From: Chrysomallon squamiferum
Taxonomy: Eukaryota > Animalia > Mollusca
Direction: 5' to 3'
DNA length: 64,000 nucleotides
NCBI GenBank assembly: GCA_012295275.1
Contig: CM022671.1
Location: forward strand, 27,528,001 to 27,592,000
The translations under genes were made by a program, and so were the position numbers. Of this stretch, positions 63,187 through 64,000 are shown piece by piece. Every line of letters starts with the position of its first letter. Within the stretch, counting starts at the first letter, position 1. The notes under the pieces are model-generated. The model did not search any database and was not told the origin of the DNA. It saw nothing but the letters and a program-made list of their open reading frames with translations.

Positions 63187-64000
63187 ATGAATACCAATCA
63201 GCAAATGAAAAAGTGTGAGATCTGCCAAAGTGAAATTTCAAAATATAAATGTCCAACATGTTTGATACGGTAGTAAGTAAAATTTTAATGTTAACTGAAA
63301 GCTATACATGTTTAATTTTAAGCAATAACTGAAACCTGGGATATAATTGGAAAAGTAAGTTATAATTATCAATTATAATTATAAGATATCGGTACAGGTG
63401 CTACATATATATATAGCGTTGGTTAAGTGTCATTGAAACATTTAAATTTTTTATGCCAACACTTATACTGAAATGTTTTTATATGTAAATTTCAATTTTT
63501 TCAAACCACTGAGTTTCTTTTCACAAGCCTGAAATCACAATTCAGTCCCTAGGCAGATTATTGTTGATTTATTTCATTCATGTATTTGATCCACTTAAAT
63601 TGTCGATGTATTGTATATATAGTAATAACTATTTCTAATTTTAACTATGAATGATTTCCTTTTTTTTTCTTGTAGTTGCTCATTTGGATGTTACAAATCG
63701 CACAAAGGTAATGTTTTATTTCTATACAGAAGTGCTAAGGCTTTTTCAGAAACAGAAATAACATTAAATTTCAGTTCCAGGCCACTATCAGTATTACAAA
63801 CTAATACAGAATTGCAGTTTTTTTCTTAAAATTTATCGTTATTTGGTACAAATTAATTTCCTTTTATGAGGATGCATTTGTTTACATTTATTGATTATTA
63901 AAGTAGAATTATAAATTGATGGTTGTTTGTTTTTTTTTTCCAGAAAAAGATTGCAAGCCATTAAACATTTCAAAAATCTCAGAGAAAGCAGCAGACACAC
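63187..64000 (+). CDS. ZNHIT3: Zinc finger HIT domain-containing protein 3 (box C/D snoRNP assembly factor); first three coding exons, gene runs off the window
   Basis: Exons 63187-63272, 63676-63707, 63944->64000 give MNTNQQMKKCEICQSEISKYKCPTCLIRYCSFGCYKSHKEKDCKP, a zf-HIT (CxxC..KYxCPxC...YCS..C...HK) at the extreme N-terminus as in ZNHIT3/Hit1. Confidence 0.88.

Noticed and set aside
63187-63707. ZNHIT6/BCD1 or ZNHIT1 as alternative identities
   Set aside because: An extreme N-terminal zf-HIT with YCS and HKE..C fits ZNHIT3 better; ZNHIT1 has a C-terminal finger and BCD1 has (S/T)CSL.C.

Overview
AT-rich, microsatellite-dense eukaryotic genomic DNA with GT-AG introns, probably molluscan or octopod (inferred from composition and a tRNA-Arg-derived SINE). 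Most ORF-track entries are simple-repeat artefacts. I assembled three intron-containing genes by hand, checking the phase of every splice junction. (1) A complete 20-exon, 793-aa GAP1-family RasGAP of the Ca2+-sensing RASAL1/RASA4 (CAPRI) type (C2-C2-RasGAP-PH-BTK) on + at 29686-41841. (2) On -, tail-to-tail with it, a ~700-aa PPP-family Ser/Thr phosphatase (52153 to about 60574; first exon uncertain). It has an N-terminal four-EF-hand NCS/calcineurin-B-like module and a SSSKYC loop in place of SAPNYC, an architecture that matches none of the classical animal PPP subfamilies and is the most interesting item here. (3) The first three coding exons of ZNHIT3 on + from 63187, head-to-head with the phosphatase. 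The first ~29.5 kb has no recognisable gene and is visibly CpG-rich compared with the gene bodies. It holds two foldback-type non-autonomous DNA transposons with target-site duplications, a tRNA-Arg SINE, a two-subfamily 47/46-bp minisatellite and several decayed tandem arrays.
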